DNA of 62,030 bases, the filler included. It is 4 parts of 4 records of this genome, joined end to end, with 100 filler letters (N's around TTAATTAATTAA, not from the genome) between each part and the next. Parts side by side here need not be neighbours in the genome. Positions count along the whole stretch, not along the records: positions 1 to 26,362 come from SRR2962707_3153; 3 more parts are not named here. The stretch is one strand, 5' to 3'. The notes under the pieces were generated by a model. That model was not told the DNA's origin. It saw only the letters and a list, made by a program, of their open reading frames with translations, and made no database searches. The position numbers and the translations under genes were made by a program. Positions 11,301 to 20,316 of the stretch are shown here, piece by piece (the stretch's first letter is position 1; every line of letters starts with the position of its first letter).

Positions 11301-12424
11301 AAAAATCCTGGAGGCGCATTCTGATTAATACGTGTATTGGCTGGCTCTGGTTCTCCTAAATCTTGAAGTGCCACTAAGTTTCTTACGTTATCTGTACGCT
11401 GTGCTCTATTTGTTACCCATACCTCAATTCTCGTAATTTGAACTTGACTTCTAATAAAAGGGTAATTTTCTAAGGCCTGATCGTATTGATCTCTAAAATA
11501 TTGCGATAAGAAGAAGTGTCTATCTTCATCGTAATCTAACGCTAATATCTCAAATTCATTGATAGTTCCTCCTCCTTGCGCTGTTACACTTCTACTTTGA
11601 GAGCGTTGTTCCGAAAAAACACCAGTTACAGTAGTTCTACCAAATTTCAATTCTGTTTTTACCCCAAAAAGACTTTGTGCTCCATTTATTAAAGAGCTAT
11701 TAAGTGGCATACTTACATTACCAACTTCTATTTTCTGAATAATATCATCTTCATTTGGAGTATATTCAAGTTTTATAAGATTTTGAAAATCGAAGGTTGC
11801 CTCTGTATCATAATTTGCATTAATTGATAACCGCGTACCTACTCTCCCTAATAAACTCAAACTAATACGCTGATCAAAATCAAAGGAAACATTACTTCTA
11901 TTTCTTGGTGATAAGGCTGGATTATCATTTTTTTGAAAACGCACTCCCAAGTCCATCGCCACAGATCCTTGTGGAATTACTTCTATAGTATTCCCTCCAA
12001 AAACACTTTCAAAGAAATTAGAATTCACATAAAAATTAGGTAAAAGATTTTTCTGAGCCTCTTCTGTTCCTTCTTTCCCAGAAACAGCATCGATTTTCTC
12101 TTTGAAATAATCTCTCATTTGCTCATTTAAAATGAGTCGCTCATACTCTTCAGGAGTTAAAATAACAGGATAAGAGATATCATAATTCCCTATAGATTCT
12201 GTATAAATATATTTATCTGTTACTGGGTCGTAGGTATATTTTGAAGAAACGCTTTCTAACTTCTGCATTTTAATTCTACCCAAGGAAACCCCTGCCTGGG
12301 TGGAATCTTGCTCTTGCTCGGACTCCTCCTGGGAAAATACAGTAGTTGTTAAAAATAAACAGCAAACAACAATAAATATTCTTAACTGTTTATTAATTAA
12401 GTTAGGGCTGGTTATAGTTTTCAA
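5318..12424 (-). CDS. sprA: Type IX secretion system outer-membrane translocon SprA (Sov)
   Basis: 2368 aa with signal peptide; SprA motifs FDFDQRI, EDDIIQKIEVGNVSMPL, QSLFGVKT and WFNELR; C-terminal beta-strand LRYNFGN; ruvA-sprA-gcvH gene order typical of Flavobacteria. Confidence 0.96.
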   Translation of the reverse strand: MKTITSPNLINKQLRIFIVVCCLFLTTTVFSQEESEQEQDSTQAGVSLGRIKMQKLESVSSKYTYDPVTDKYIYTESIGNYDISYPVILTPEEYERLILNEQMRDYFKEKIDAVSGKEGTEEAQKNLLPNFYVNSNFFESVFGGNTIEVIPQGSVAMDLGVRFQKNDNPALSPRNRSNVSFDFDQRISLSLLGRVGTRLSINANYDTEATFDFQNLIKLEYTPNEDDIIQKIEVGNVSMPLNSSLINGAQSLFGVKTELKFGRTTVTGVFSEQRSQSRSVTAQGGGTINEFEILALDYDEDRHFFLSQYFRDQYDQALENYPFIRSQVQITRIEVWVTNRAQRTDNVRNLVALQDLGEPEPANTRINQNAPPGFFGTINNLPRNASNAYDPFNIGGAGSALTESIRDIATVQQGFNVAGYNPSQGFDYSILENARKLEPNREYTVDTQLGYISLNQRLSNDEVLAVAFQYTYQGEVYQVGEFANDGVNATEFEETNGVVTQVNPQALVLKMLKSNITNVSDPIWDLMMKNFYSTGAYQLSQEDFRMNILYTDPSPINYITPVDDATWPQGLEDRILLDVFNFDRLNVYNDPQNGGDGFFDFLPGVTVDVQNGLIKFTKVEPFGEFLYDVLGGGNNYDDPNFTPNNDNQAQYVYRNMYKLTKAASLESAEKNKFMLKGRYKAESSGGIPLGAFNVPRGSVRVTAGGRVLQEGIDYTVNYQAGTVQILDEGLRASNVPIEVSVENNAVFGQQTRRFSGVHIEHQFNEDFMLGGTFLNMSERPLTQKSNFGIEPVNNTILGLNGNYSKELPFLTRLVNKLPNIDTDVASNLSVRGDFAYLLPGSPKSSDFDGETTSYLDDFEGAQAFIDIRSSLAWSLASAPIGYGGEIENDNIASRAKRAKMAWYTIDPIFYSNQRPGGITDDDISTNQTRRIFIDEIFPQQDVAQGQTLVQPTLDVAYYPGEKGQYNDNANFETLPAQERWGGIMRSVNSTNFEQSNVEYIQFWLLDPYYEDGPTTGGSGELVFNLGNISEDILKDGRKQYENGLPVESNPALVNTTSFGRVPSTQSLVYAFNADTSNRNIQDAGYDGLLDDQEANFYNNPGPDPALDNYQFYLEATGDILNRYYNYNNPQGNSPVQVGNNNRGSTTLPDVEDVDRDLTMNTVDSYFQYRIPIGPNIQRTDPFVTDIKEVEVETPNNDNYRVRWIQFKVPIDEYDEAIGGITDIRSISFMRMFMAGFNDPIVLRFGTLDLVRGDWRNYSQSLQPEDDPDPDDDGTFVDVNTVNIQENEQRDPIPYRLPPGVVREQLNNNNTIIRQNEQSLSFAVCDLEPEDSRGVFKSINIDIRQYKRLKMFVHAEQYKTNPVADGDLVAFLRIGTDFTENYYQVEVPLQITPGGTTDPSTIWPDINSIDLPLSLLSKIKAAGIANGSLQEVTYYDEEGNEIDEFAPRELGDMRVAVKGNPSLGNIRAAMVGVKNPSSAVGDDVCGEVWFNELRLAELDNEGGWAAIAAMDLNVADFANVSATGNMSTSGFGSIDQTPNERSREDVVGYALNSNVNLGQLLPKNWGVQVPMNYSVSEELITPEFDPLYQDIKLDDRLDAATSTQEREQIRNQAEDYTKRKSINFIGVRKNRGEEQKPTVYGIENFTFNFAYNQVEHRDYEIERLRDQNVRTGFLYNHNFKPLEVVPLKNSDSILKSKYWDWLKEFNFNLLPTSVSLNSNITRTLNRQSFRQVLAAGDSSNLLGLPEVQQRNYLFDWQYAVNYNLTKSLQFNFTAANNHIIKNYFEEDENGDQIVNRDLALWDGFWNVGDPNRHMQQLQLNYDIPLDKIPFLNFITATYAYTGDFDWQRGSEVLNEVAGEDLNTIQNASTHNLNASFGMDKLYSYLGLKRKTGTTANQSSRGALPIADPDQEQAPAEIKTKKYGGYNTMIDLVTMVKRINLSYTSNTGKVLPGYTESVGFIGTLRPSWGFVFGSQSDVRYEAAQKGWLTTFPEFNQQYMSREATQLNISANVQPFRDLTIDLVADRQYSESYAENYKIEDINGDGIFDYNALIQNQYGDFSISTIMIGTSFDQTKEESSETFNQFSKNRILIAQRLAGEPENPDAADYPVGYGPTNQAVLLPAFIAAYTGKNASSVSLGAFRDTPIPNWTVKYTGLMRMQWFKDNFRRFSLAHGYRSSYSINSFRSNLDYGKGSQFDQSGNYKNEILYTNATLVEQFNPLIRMDFEMNNSVSVLAEMRKDRALSLSFDNNLLTEMAGNEYVVGLGYRIPDLRFVTNIGGRRNVLKGDLNLKADLSLRDNITVIRNLDINTNQVTAGQNIWALKFTADYALTKNLTTLFFYDHTFSEFKVSTAFPQTTIRTGFTLRYNFGN

Positions 12425-12429
12425 GCCAG

Positions 12430-13011
12430 TTATAAGTTTTTAAGCGCGTTTTTTATTATGCTTTCAACACTTAAATCGGGTTCAGTTTTCACAATCTTAT
12501 CCACCACCTTTTCAGCTTGTTTTCGGGCAAATCCCAAAACCTCTAAAGCTGATAACGCTTCATCTTTATTTGTATTGTCCTGCTTAGCAAAAACTTCATC
12601 AATATCGTAAATTTTAAGTATTTTATCTTTCAAATCTATAATTACACGTTGTGCAGTTTTTGCACCGATTCCTTTTACAGATTGAATGGTTGCAACATCA
12701 CTAGAAGCAATTGCATCTCGTATTTGCACAGGTTCTAAAGAGCTTAGCATTGTTCTAGCAATACTTGCCCCAATTCCTGAAACAGAAATTAGCAATCTAA
12801 AAATTTCTCTTTCTGCTTTATCTGCAAAACCGTAAAGGGTGTGTGAATCTTCTTTTACTTGTAAATGGGTATACAACTGTAAGTTTTCATTGGAGGATAT
12901 CTTCGAATAGGTATTCAAAGATATATGTATTTGATATCCTACTCCATTACACTCGATAACCACATCGGTTGGATTCTTTTCAACAAGTTTTCCTTTGATC
13001 TGTGTAATCAT
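12430..13011 (-). CDS. ruvA: Holliday junction branch migration protein RuvA
   Basis: ECNGVGY, LYGF, LISVSGIG, VKGIGAKTAQR and EALSALEVLGF motifs. Confidence 0.98.
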   Translation of the reverse strand: MITQIKGKLVEKNPTDVVIECNGVGYQIHISLNTYSKISSNENLQLYTHLQVKEDSHTLYGFADKAEREIFRLLISVSGIGASIARTMLSSLEPVQIRDAIASSDVATIQSVKGIGAKTAQRVIIDLKDKILKIYDIDEVFAKQDNTNKDEALSALEVLGFARKQAEKVVDKIVKTEPDLSVESIIKNALKNL

Positions 13012-13033
13012 TCTTAATAAAACGTTAATGCTC

Positions 13034-13041
13034 CAAATGTA
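13034..13041 (-). promoter_or_regulatory. Bacteroidetes -7 promoter element (TACATTTG) upstream of ruvA-sprA
   Basis: TAnnTTTG match about 22 nt upstream of the ruvA start. Confidence 0.55.
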
Positions 13042-13095
13042 ACAAATTTAATTACACTTAGAGCATTTAATCTTATTTTGAATTTAAATTTCTTA

Positions 13096-15384
13096 CTATA
13101 AGGCTGCTTTCTGTCGCTTTTCTTTTTCTTGAGCATCCACAACCGCTACAGCCGTCATATTCACAATCTCCTCAACCCCAGCACCTAACTGTAAAATATG
13201 TACTGGTTTATTCATACCAAGTAGGATTGGTCCAATAGAATCTGATTGATTCAATTCTTTCATTAATTTATAAGTAATATTTGCCGAATCTAAGTTTGGA
13301 AATATCAATGTATTCACTTTTTTTCCAGCAAGTTTTGAAAATGGAAACTGACTCTGAAGCAATTCTTTATTCAAAGCAAAATCTGATTGCACCTCTCCAT
13401 CAACCGTAATATCTGGATAATGGCGGTGTAAATATGCCACGGCATCTCCAACCTTGTTTGCTCTATCATCTCTAGAAGAACCAAAGTTTGCATAAGAAAG
13501 CATTGCAATAACAGGTTCTATCCCAAACATTTTTGCCGCAGTTGCTGTCATTTGCGCTATTTTAGCCAACTCTTTTGAGGTAGGTTCTATGTTTATTGAA
13601 GTATCTGATAAAAACATTGGTCCACGCTCTGTAATCATTAAGTTCATGGCTGCAACCTTACTTACCCCATTTGCTTTTCCGATAAGTTCTAACATCGGAC
13701 GAACAACGGTTGGATACGCTCTAGAATACCCAGAAATCAAACAATCCGCATCTCCTTCATTTACCATCATGGCAGCAAAATAATTACGGTCGCGCATTTT
13801 CTTTTGCGCATCGTAGAAGGTTACTCCATGACGCTTTCTAGCTTCCCAATATTTTTTTGCATACTGATTTTTCTTCTCATTACACTCATTTGTTTTATTA
13901 TCGATAATTAAAACGTCCGTATCAAAATCGATTTCCTTCATCAATTCAAGAATCGTTTCTTTATCTCCTAATAAAATAGGTTCTGCAATTCCTTCTTCTA
14001 AAACAATTTGAGCAGCTTTTAAAATATCTAAATGATCTGCTTCTGCAAAAACTACTTTTTTAGGATTTGTCTTTGCTCTATTGTGTAGTAACCTAACAAT
14101 TTTATTATCGTTTCCTAAACGTTGTAATAACTCTTCCTCATATTTAGCCCAATCTTCTATTGGTTCTTTGGCAACTCCACTATCCATTGCAGCTTTTGCA
14201 ACCGCTGGCGGTACAGACGCAATAAGTCTTGGATCAAATGGTTTAGGAATAATATAATCGCGACCAAAATTTAATCGGGTTTCTCCGTATGCAATATTTA
14301 CTTGTTCAGGAACTGGCTCTTTTGTTAACTCGGCTAATGCTTTTACAGCAGCCATTTTCATTTCCTCATTAATTTTTGTAGCACGAACGTCTAAAGCCCC
14401 TCTAAAAATAAAAGGAAAACCTAGTACATTATTTACCTGATTAGGATGATCGGATCTTCCTGTTGCCATAATAATATCTTTACGAGTGCTCATTGCAAGC
14501 TCATAATCTATTTCTGGATCTGGATTTGCCATTGCAAATACTATAGGATTATCTGCCATTGAATTTAGCATTGCTGGCGAAACAATATCGGCAATTGAAA
14601 GACCTATAAACACATCGGCGTCTACCATAGCCTCTTCCAAAGTATCTATTTTTCTATCGGAAGCAAACTCTAATTTTTCTTTTGAAAGATTTTCTCGGTC
14701 TTTTCTAATAACCCCTTTACTATCTAGCATTACAATATTTTCTGGCATAGCACCAAATGCTTTGTAAAGTCTTGTACAAGAAACTGCAGCTGCTCCAGCC
14801 CCACTAATCACAATTTTTACGTCTTCTATCTTCTTTTCAGCAATTTCTAATGCATTTAACAATGCTGCTGCAGAAATAATTGCTGTTCCATGTTGGTCGT
14901 CGTGCATTACAGGAATATCCAACTCTTCTTTTAAACGACGCTCAATTTCAAAAGCTTCGGGAGCTTTTATATCTTCTAAATTAATTCCTCCAAAAGTTGG
15001 GGCTATTGTTTTTACAGTTTCAATAAACTTATCGATATCTTTAGTATCTAATTCGATATCCATTCCATCTATATCTGCAAAAATCTTAAATAGCAATCCT
15101 TTTCCTTCCATAACAGGCTTAGAGGCTTCTGGCCCAATATCTCCAAGTCCTAAAACTGCTGTTCCATTAGTAATTACAGCTACTAAATTTCCTTTAGCAG
15201 TATATTTATAAACGTTGTCTTTATTTTTTGCAATTTCCAAACAAGGCTCTGCTACTCCTGGAGAATATGCTAGCGCTAAATCTCTTTGTGTGGAATAACG
15301 TTTTGTTGGGACTATCTTTATTTTTCCCGGCTGGGGCTTAGCATGGTATACTAAAGCTTCTCTTCTTCTACTTTCTTTACTCAT
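13096..15384 (-). CDS. maeB: NADP-dependent malic enzyme with C-terminal phosphotransacetylase-like domain
   Basis: LAYSPGVAEPC, NGTAVLGLG, NLEDIKAP, HDDQHGT and TGRSDHPNQVNN; PTA-like C-terminal half (DGEVQSD, GPILLG). Confidence 0.97.
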   Translation of the reverse strand: MSKESRRREALVYHAKPQPGKIKIVPTKRYSTQRDLALAYSPGVAEPCLEIAKNKDNVYKYTAKGNLVAVITNGTAVLGLGDIGPEASKPVMEGKGLLFKIFADIDGMDIELDTKDIDKFIETVKTIAPTFGGINLEDIKAPEAFEIERRLKEELDIPVMHDDQHGTAIISAAALLNALEIAEKKIEDVKIVISGAGAAAVSCTRLYKAFGAMPENIVMLDSKGVIRKDRENLSKEKLEFASDRKIDTLEEAMVDADVFIGLSIADIVSPAMLNSMADNPIVFAMANPDPEIDYELAMSTRKDIIMATGRSDHPNQVNNVLGFPFIFRGALDVRATKINEEMKMAAVKALAELTKEPVPEQVNIAYGETRLNFGRDYIIPKPFDPRLIASVPPAVAKAAMDSGVAKEPIEDWAKYEEELLQRLGNDNKIVRLLHNRAKTNPKKVVFAEADHLDILKAAQIVLEEGIAEPILLGDKETILELMKEIDFDTDVLIIDNKTNECNEKKNQYAKKYWEARKRHGVTFYDAQKKMRDRNYFAAMMVNEGDADCLISGYSRAYPTVVRPMLELIGKANGVSKVAAMNLMITERGPMFLSDTSINIEPTSKELAKIAQMTATAAKMFGIEPVIAMLSYANFGSSRDDRANKVGDAVAYLHRHYPDITVDGEVQSDFALNKELLQSQFPFSKLAGKKVNTLIFPNLDSANITYKLMKELNQSDSIGPILLGMNKPVHILQLGAGVEEIVNMTAVAVVDAQEKEKRQKAAL

Positions 15385-15478
15385 AGTTGCTATTTTAATC
15401 CTTAATTGGATACTGAATATCTAGACTCCTATTTACTTATAATTTATAACATCAAAAACGACAATTCATTTTATCATA

Positions 15479-15486
15479 CAAAGGTA
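15479..15486 (-). promoter_or_regulatory. Bacteroidetes -7 promoter element (TACCTTTG) upstream of maeB
   Basis: TAnnTTTG match in the divergent intergenic region. Confidence 0.5.
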
Positions 15487-15661
15487 TAAGAAACTTGTTC
15501 TAATAAAACACCTCAAAAGTGAAATGTTTTTGTAAATTTTAAATAATTATACATCTCTTAAATTACAATTAATTATGTCTTAGCGCTGCATTTAGACATA
15601 TAATATTTTTACTATATTTAATTGCTTAACGCTTAACAATTGTCAAGCTAAATAATACTTC

Positions 15662-16720
15662 ATGTATACACAAAAGATATTTGGTGCAAAGGATATGTTG
15701 CTTTGGACACGCTTTGAACTCTACAAATTTATAATTATTGCCACTATAGAAGTTCTTATATTTAATTTAAGTGATGGGATTGTACAAATCCCTTTTACTC
15801 CAGTTGCTTTAGTAGGTACTGCTGTTGCTTTTATTATTGGTTTTCAGAGTAATTCTGCTTATGGTAGAATTTGGGAAGCAAGACAAATATGGGGTTCTAT
15901 AGTTAATTCTTCCAGAACTTTTGGAATGATGACAAAAGACTTTATCAATAATGAACATGCGCAAAATCCTATAAGTGAAGAGGAACTTCAACAAGAAATT
16001 AAAACAATAACCTACAGACATATTGCTTGGATGACCGCTTTGCGTTATGCAATGCGGCAACCCAAACCATGGGAATATGTAATGAAAGAAAACACTAATA
16101 AAGAGTGGGCAAATAAAATTTATGTTCCTGAATTTAATATCCCTTTCAACGAAGCTATTACCCCTTACCTATCTAAAGAAGAAATTGAACATCTTCAAAA
16201 TAAAAGCAACAAACAAACTGCAATTTTATATTTACAATCCAAGCATTTAAAAAAATTAAAAGAAAAGGGGCTTATTTGGGAGTTTTCTTTTTTAGAATTA
16301 GAAAATGTAATAGAAGAACTTTTTACACACCAAGGTAAATCTGAAAGGATAAAAAACTTTCCATACCCAAGACAGTTTGCCTCTCTTTTACACTACTTTA
16401 CTTGGCTTTTTATTTTGACAATCCCTATAGCTATTGCCGCTCAATTTCATGATTTAGGAGAAACCCTTGCAGAAAAAACAGTTGGTTTAGATCAATGGTT
16501 TGTTTGGTTATCTGTTCCTTTTTCAATAGCTGTAATGTGGGTTTTTCATACAATGAATAGGATAGGAAGAGTTGGTGAAAATCCATTTGAAGGCTCTGCA
16601 AACGACGTGCCTATTTCTACCATTGCAAGAGGAATCGAAATAGATTTAAGACAGAATCTAGGCGAAGATCCAGAAAGCATCCCAAATCAATTTGAAGAAA
16701 GAAGTTATGTGCAGATGTAA
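15662..16720 (+). CDS. Bestrophin family ion channel
   Basis: GFQSNSAYGRIWEARQIWG, ERIKNFPYP and ENPFEGSANDVP bacterial bestrophin motifs. Confidence 0.92.
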   Translation: MYTQKIFGAKDMLLWTRFELYKFIIIATIEVLIFNLSDGIVQIPFTPVALVGTAVAFIIGFQSNSAYGRIWEARQIWGSIVNSSRTFGMMTKDFINNEHAQNPISEEELQQEIKTITYRHIAWMTALRYAMRQPKPWEYVMKENTNKEWANKIYVPEFNIPFNEAITPYLSKEEIEHLQNKSNKQTAILYLQSKHLKKLKEKGLIWEFSFLELENVIEELFTHQGKSERIKNFPYPRQFASLLHYFTWLFILTIPIAIAAQFHDLGETLAEKTVGLDQWFVWLSVPFSIAVMWVFHTMNRIGRVGENPFEGSANDVPISTIARGIEIDLRQNLGEDPESIPNQFEERSYVQM

Positions 16721-16768
16721 AATCCTAGCTTAAAATAATTCTCTTTCTACTATGTCTGTTTGAATGGA

Positions 16769-17698
16769 TTATTTATCCTTCAAAAACTCAATATTTCGTT
16801 TTAATCCAGCAAATTTTGTTCGCTTTACGGGCGATTTTTTAAAAATTTCACTAAAAACCTCTTGTGTAATTTCTTCCCAATCCTTTTTCGACATAGAAAG
16901 AAGTTCAGGATTTGGGTTAAAAAGGGGTTCGTTATGAGGTTTTGAGAAACGATTCCATGGGCATACATCTTGACACACATCGCAACCAAACATCCAATCA
17001 TCAAATTTACCTGAAAATTCTGTAGGAATTTGGTCTTTCAATTCAATCGTAAAATAAGAAATACACTTACTGCCATCCACCACATAGGGCTCTGTAATTG
17101 CTTCTGTAGGGCAAGCATCTATACAGGCAGTACAACTCCCACAATGATCTGTTACAGGAGCGTCGTAATCCAACTCTAAATCTACTATTAATTCAGCAAT
17201 AAAAAAGAAAGACCCCACTTGCTTGGAAAGTAAATTACTGTTTTTACCTACCCATCCTAATCCACTTTTTGCTGCCCAAGCCTTATCAAGCACAGGTGCA
17301 GAATCTACAAAAGCTCGCCCACCAACTTCTCCTATTTCCATTTCTATAAAAGTTAGAAGTTGCTTTAATTTATCTTTTATTACAAAATGGTAATCGGTTC
17401 CATAAGCATACTTTGATATTTTAGGCGCTTCTGGATCTTGTTGGGTTTGCGAAGGAAAATAATTTAGCAATAACGATATTACAGATTTTGACCCCTCTAC
17501 TAGAAGTCGCGGATCTAAACGCTTATCAAAATGATTTTCCATATACTGCATTTCGCCATGCATATTATTTTTCAACCATTTCTCCAATCTAGGCGCTTCT
17601 TCTTCTAAAAAATCTGCTTTAGAAATTCCACACGACAAAAATCCGAGGCGTTTAGCTTCCGTTTTAATTAGGGCTGTATGTTTTTCTTTTACTGTCAA
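16769..17698 (-). CDS. queG: tRNA epoxyqueuosine(34) reductase
   Basis: [21 protein letters not shown] and the Fe-S motifs [12 protein letters not shown] and [15 protein letters not shown] start overlaps the P450 stop. Confidence 0.97.
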   Translation of the reverse strand: MTVKEKHTALIKTEAKRLGFLSCGISKADFLEEEAPRLEKWLKNNMHGEMQYMENHFDKRLDPRLLVEGSKSVISLLLNYFPSQTQQDPEAPKISKYAYGTDYHFVIKDKLKQLLTFIEMEIGEVGGRAFVDSAPVLDKAWAAKSGLGWVGKNSNLLSKQVGSFFFIAELIVDLELDYDAPVTDHCGSCTACIDACPTEAITEPYVVDGSKCISYFTIELKDQIPTEFSGKFDDWMFGCDVCQDVCPWNRFSKPHNEPLFNPNPELLSMSKKDWEEITQEVFSEIFKKSPVKRTKFAGLKRNIEFLKDK

Positions 17699-19029
17699 TT
17701 ATTAACTCTCATTTTAAAATAAAGTGGAACGTTTTTAGGCTTTAACGAAATAAGTGGGTTTATCTCTATGGCATTTAATTTAGAAGATATCTCATACTTT
17801 TTAAGTACTTCTACCAAAACAAGTATCATTTCAAACATAGCAAAGTTATTTCCAACACACATTCGTGGACCCGCTCCAAATGGATAATAATATGCTGAAT
17901 ATTCTTTTTTATCGATATCTAAAAATCGTTCTGGACGGTATTCGTCTGGATATTCCCAAAAACTCTGCTCCCTTTGCAACTCATAAATAGACAATAATAT
18001 AAGTGTATCCTTTTTAAAAGTATGTCCTTCTACCTCATCATCTTCAACAGCTACTCTATCTATAACATATACGGGCGGATACAAACGCATTGCCTCTTCA
18101 ATACAGGATTTTGCATAAGGTAGTTTCCCAAAAATTTCAGCTAAATTACCTTCATCAATATTTATATTTTTTACTTCTTGATAAAGTTTCTCTTGAATTT
18201 CAGGATTTTTAGCCAAGAGAAATAATGTAAAACTCAGCGCATTTGCTGTTGTTTCATGTCCCGCAGTAAATAAAATTAAAACCTCATCAATTAATTGCTG
18301 TCTCGACATAAAAGTTCCATCGTCATATTTAGCATTTAGCAACATATCGAGAAGATCATTCTCTTCTTTTTCTGAAGAAATCCTTTCTTCGATTATGGTA
18401 TTTAGAATATCCCTTCCTTCTTTAGCATATCCAAGATGTCTATTTTTCATTCCTGATAAAGAAAACCACCATTGAAGATAAGGTTGTCTCATTTCTCGAA
18501 TTACCATTTGCTGATTTACTTCTGTTATATGCTGAAGTTTTGCCATAGCCTCTCGGATATCCGACCTGCTAAACAACGATTTTGCAACCACCTGAAATGC
18601 TAAGTCGCCCATTAGCGGATAAACATCCAATGTAGTATTTTCTTTAATCTGAAGAAGCTCTCCTTTTATTGCTTGACACATTATTTGAAGTAAATCTGCT
18701 AGCTTCTTTTTATGAAATGCTGGTTGTATCATTCTTCGATGCACAAGCCAATGTTCCCCTTCTGAAGTTAATAAACCACGACCAATATAATTTGCTAAAT
18801 CCTCGGTTTGTAATGGTGATTTTTTATAATTCCCATGATTTTTTTGAAGGACGTGTCGAATAATTTTTGGATTTTTTGTAAAAACAACTGGTTCTCCAGC
18901 AGGCGTCCGAACCGTAAAGATTGCTCCTAATTCTTCAAAAATCTCTCTATGAAAAGAAATAGGATTTTTTAAAATCCGCTTTGCATTTAAAATCACTCTC
19001 CAATGTGGAACTTTCGGTAATTTATGCAT
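17695..19029 (-). CDS. Cytochrome P450
   Basis: I-helix AGHETT, ExxR (EAMR), PERF and heme-ligand [10 protein letters not shown] motifs. Confidence 0.97.
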   Translation of the reverse strand: MHKLPKVPHWRVILNAKRILKNPISFHREIFEELGAIFTVRTPAGEPVVFTKNPKIIRHVLQKNHGNYKKSPLQTEDLANYIGRGLLTSEGEHWLVHRRMIQPAFHKKKLADLLQIMCQAIKGELLQIKENTTLDVYPLMGDLAFQVVAKSLFSRSDIREAMAKLQHITEVNQQMVIREMRQPYLQWWFSLSGMKNRHLGYAKEGRDILNTIIEERISSEKEENDLLDMLLNAKYDDGTFMSRQQLIDEVLILFTAGHETTANALSFTLFLLAKNPEIQEKLYQEVKNINIDEGNLAEIFGKLPYAKSCIEEAMRLYPPVYVIDRVAVEDDEVEGHTFKKDTLILLSIYELQREQSFWEYPDEYRPERFLDIDKKEYSAYYYPFGAGPRMCVGNNFAMFEMILVLVEVLKKYEISSKLNAIEINPLISLKPKNVPLYFKMRVNN

Positions 19030-19068
19030 AAAAATCTCGAATTTTTGTTATTTCCAATAAGCAATACT

Positions 19069-20091
19069 TTAAAATAGTCCTCCTTGAATCCCTCCTTTTA
19101 CTCTTCCCAAATGTTTATAAGCAAGCTCGGTAACCTCTCTCCCACGCGGAGTTCTATGGATAAATCCTTGTTGTATTAAAAAAGGCTCATACACCTCTTC
19201 AATAGTTTCCGCACTTTCGGATACCGCAGTTGCCAATGTAGTAATTCCCACTGGCCCTCCTTTAAATTTATCAATAATAGTTGTTAGAATTTTATTATCC
19301 ATTTCATCCAAACCAAAGGCATCTACATTAAGCGCTTTGAGTCCGAATTTAGAAATTTCAATATCTATTTTTCCATTACCTTTTATCTGAGCAAAATCTC
19401 GAATCCTGCGTAAAAGTGCATTTGCAATACGAGGCGTTCCTCTACTACGTCCTGCAATTTCTATAGCCGCTTCCATAGAAATTGGCATTTTTAAAATTTG
19501 TGCACTTCTTTGAACAATATCTGCCAATAACTCCGTAGAATAATATTGGAGTCGGCTACTAATTCCAAATCTAGCACGCATTGGCGCTGTTAATAATCCA
19601 GAGCGTGTGGTAGCACCTATAAGCGTAAACGGATTCAAATTAATCTGCACCGTCCTTGCATTAGGACCACTTTCAATCATAATATCGATTTTATAGTCTT
19701 CCATTGCAGAATACAAATACTCTTCTACAATAGGGCTCAATCTATGAATTTCATCTATAAAAAGTACATCGCGCTCCTCTAAATTAGTAAGTAATCCCGC
19801 TAAATCTCCAGGCTTATCAAGCACTGGTCCAGAGGTTACTTTTATTCCTACCCCTAACTCATTTGCCAGAATATGCGCCAAAGTTGTTTTTCCTAGCCCT
19901 GGAGGACCATGAAACAAAGTATGATCCAACGCTTCGGAACGTAGATTAGCCGCTTGCACAAAAACAGTTAAGTTTTCTAATACTTGATCTTGACCAGCAA
20001 AATCATCAAAACTTAACGGTCGTAATGCCTTTTCTATATCTACTTCTTCCGCAGAAAAATTATCGCCTGTAGGATCTAAATATTCGTTCAT
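19069..20091 (-). CDS. ruvB: Holliday junction DNA helicase RuvB
   Basis: Walker [34 protein letters not shown] and GGPVGI. Confidence 0.99.
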   Translation of the reverse strand: MNEYLDPTGDNFSAEEVDIEKALRPLSFDDFAGQDQVLENLTVFVQAANLRSEALDHTLFHGPPGLGKTTLAHILANELGVGIKVTSGPVLDKPGDLAGLLTNLEERDVLFIDEIHRLSPIVEEYLYSAMEDYKIDIMIESGPNARTVQINLNPFTLIGATTRSGLLTAPMRARFGISSRLQYYSTELLADIVQRSAQILKMPISMEAAIEIAGRSRGTPRIANALLRRIRDFAQIKGNGKIDIEISKFGLKALNVDAFGLDEMDNKILTTIIDKFKGGPVGITTLATAVSESAETIEEVYEPFLIQQGFIHRTPRGREVTELAYKHLGRVKGGIQGGLF

Positions 20092-20097
20092 AGATTA

Positions 20098-20105
20098 CAA
20101 AAGTA
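20098..20105 (-). promoter_or_regulatory. Bacteroidetes -7 promoter element (TACTTTTG) immediately upstream of ruvB
   Basis: TAnnTTTG match 6 nt before the ATG, which would imply a nearly leaderless transcript. Confidence 0.45.
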
Positions 20106-20316
20106 CGTGATTTTTTATATTGAAATCATAGCCTTCCAAAAGTTTGGTAAAAGATTCTTATGCTTATAGATTAAAGAGCAATAAATGCTAAGTTTTTAAT
20201 ACCATTATTTTTTTATAATGATGGTATCTTACAAAGATTTAATTCTTTATAATCACAACATCCAAAAAAAAACCTTTTTAATAAAGCAGTACAATTATAT
20301 AAGGAAAAATAATAAG

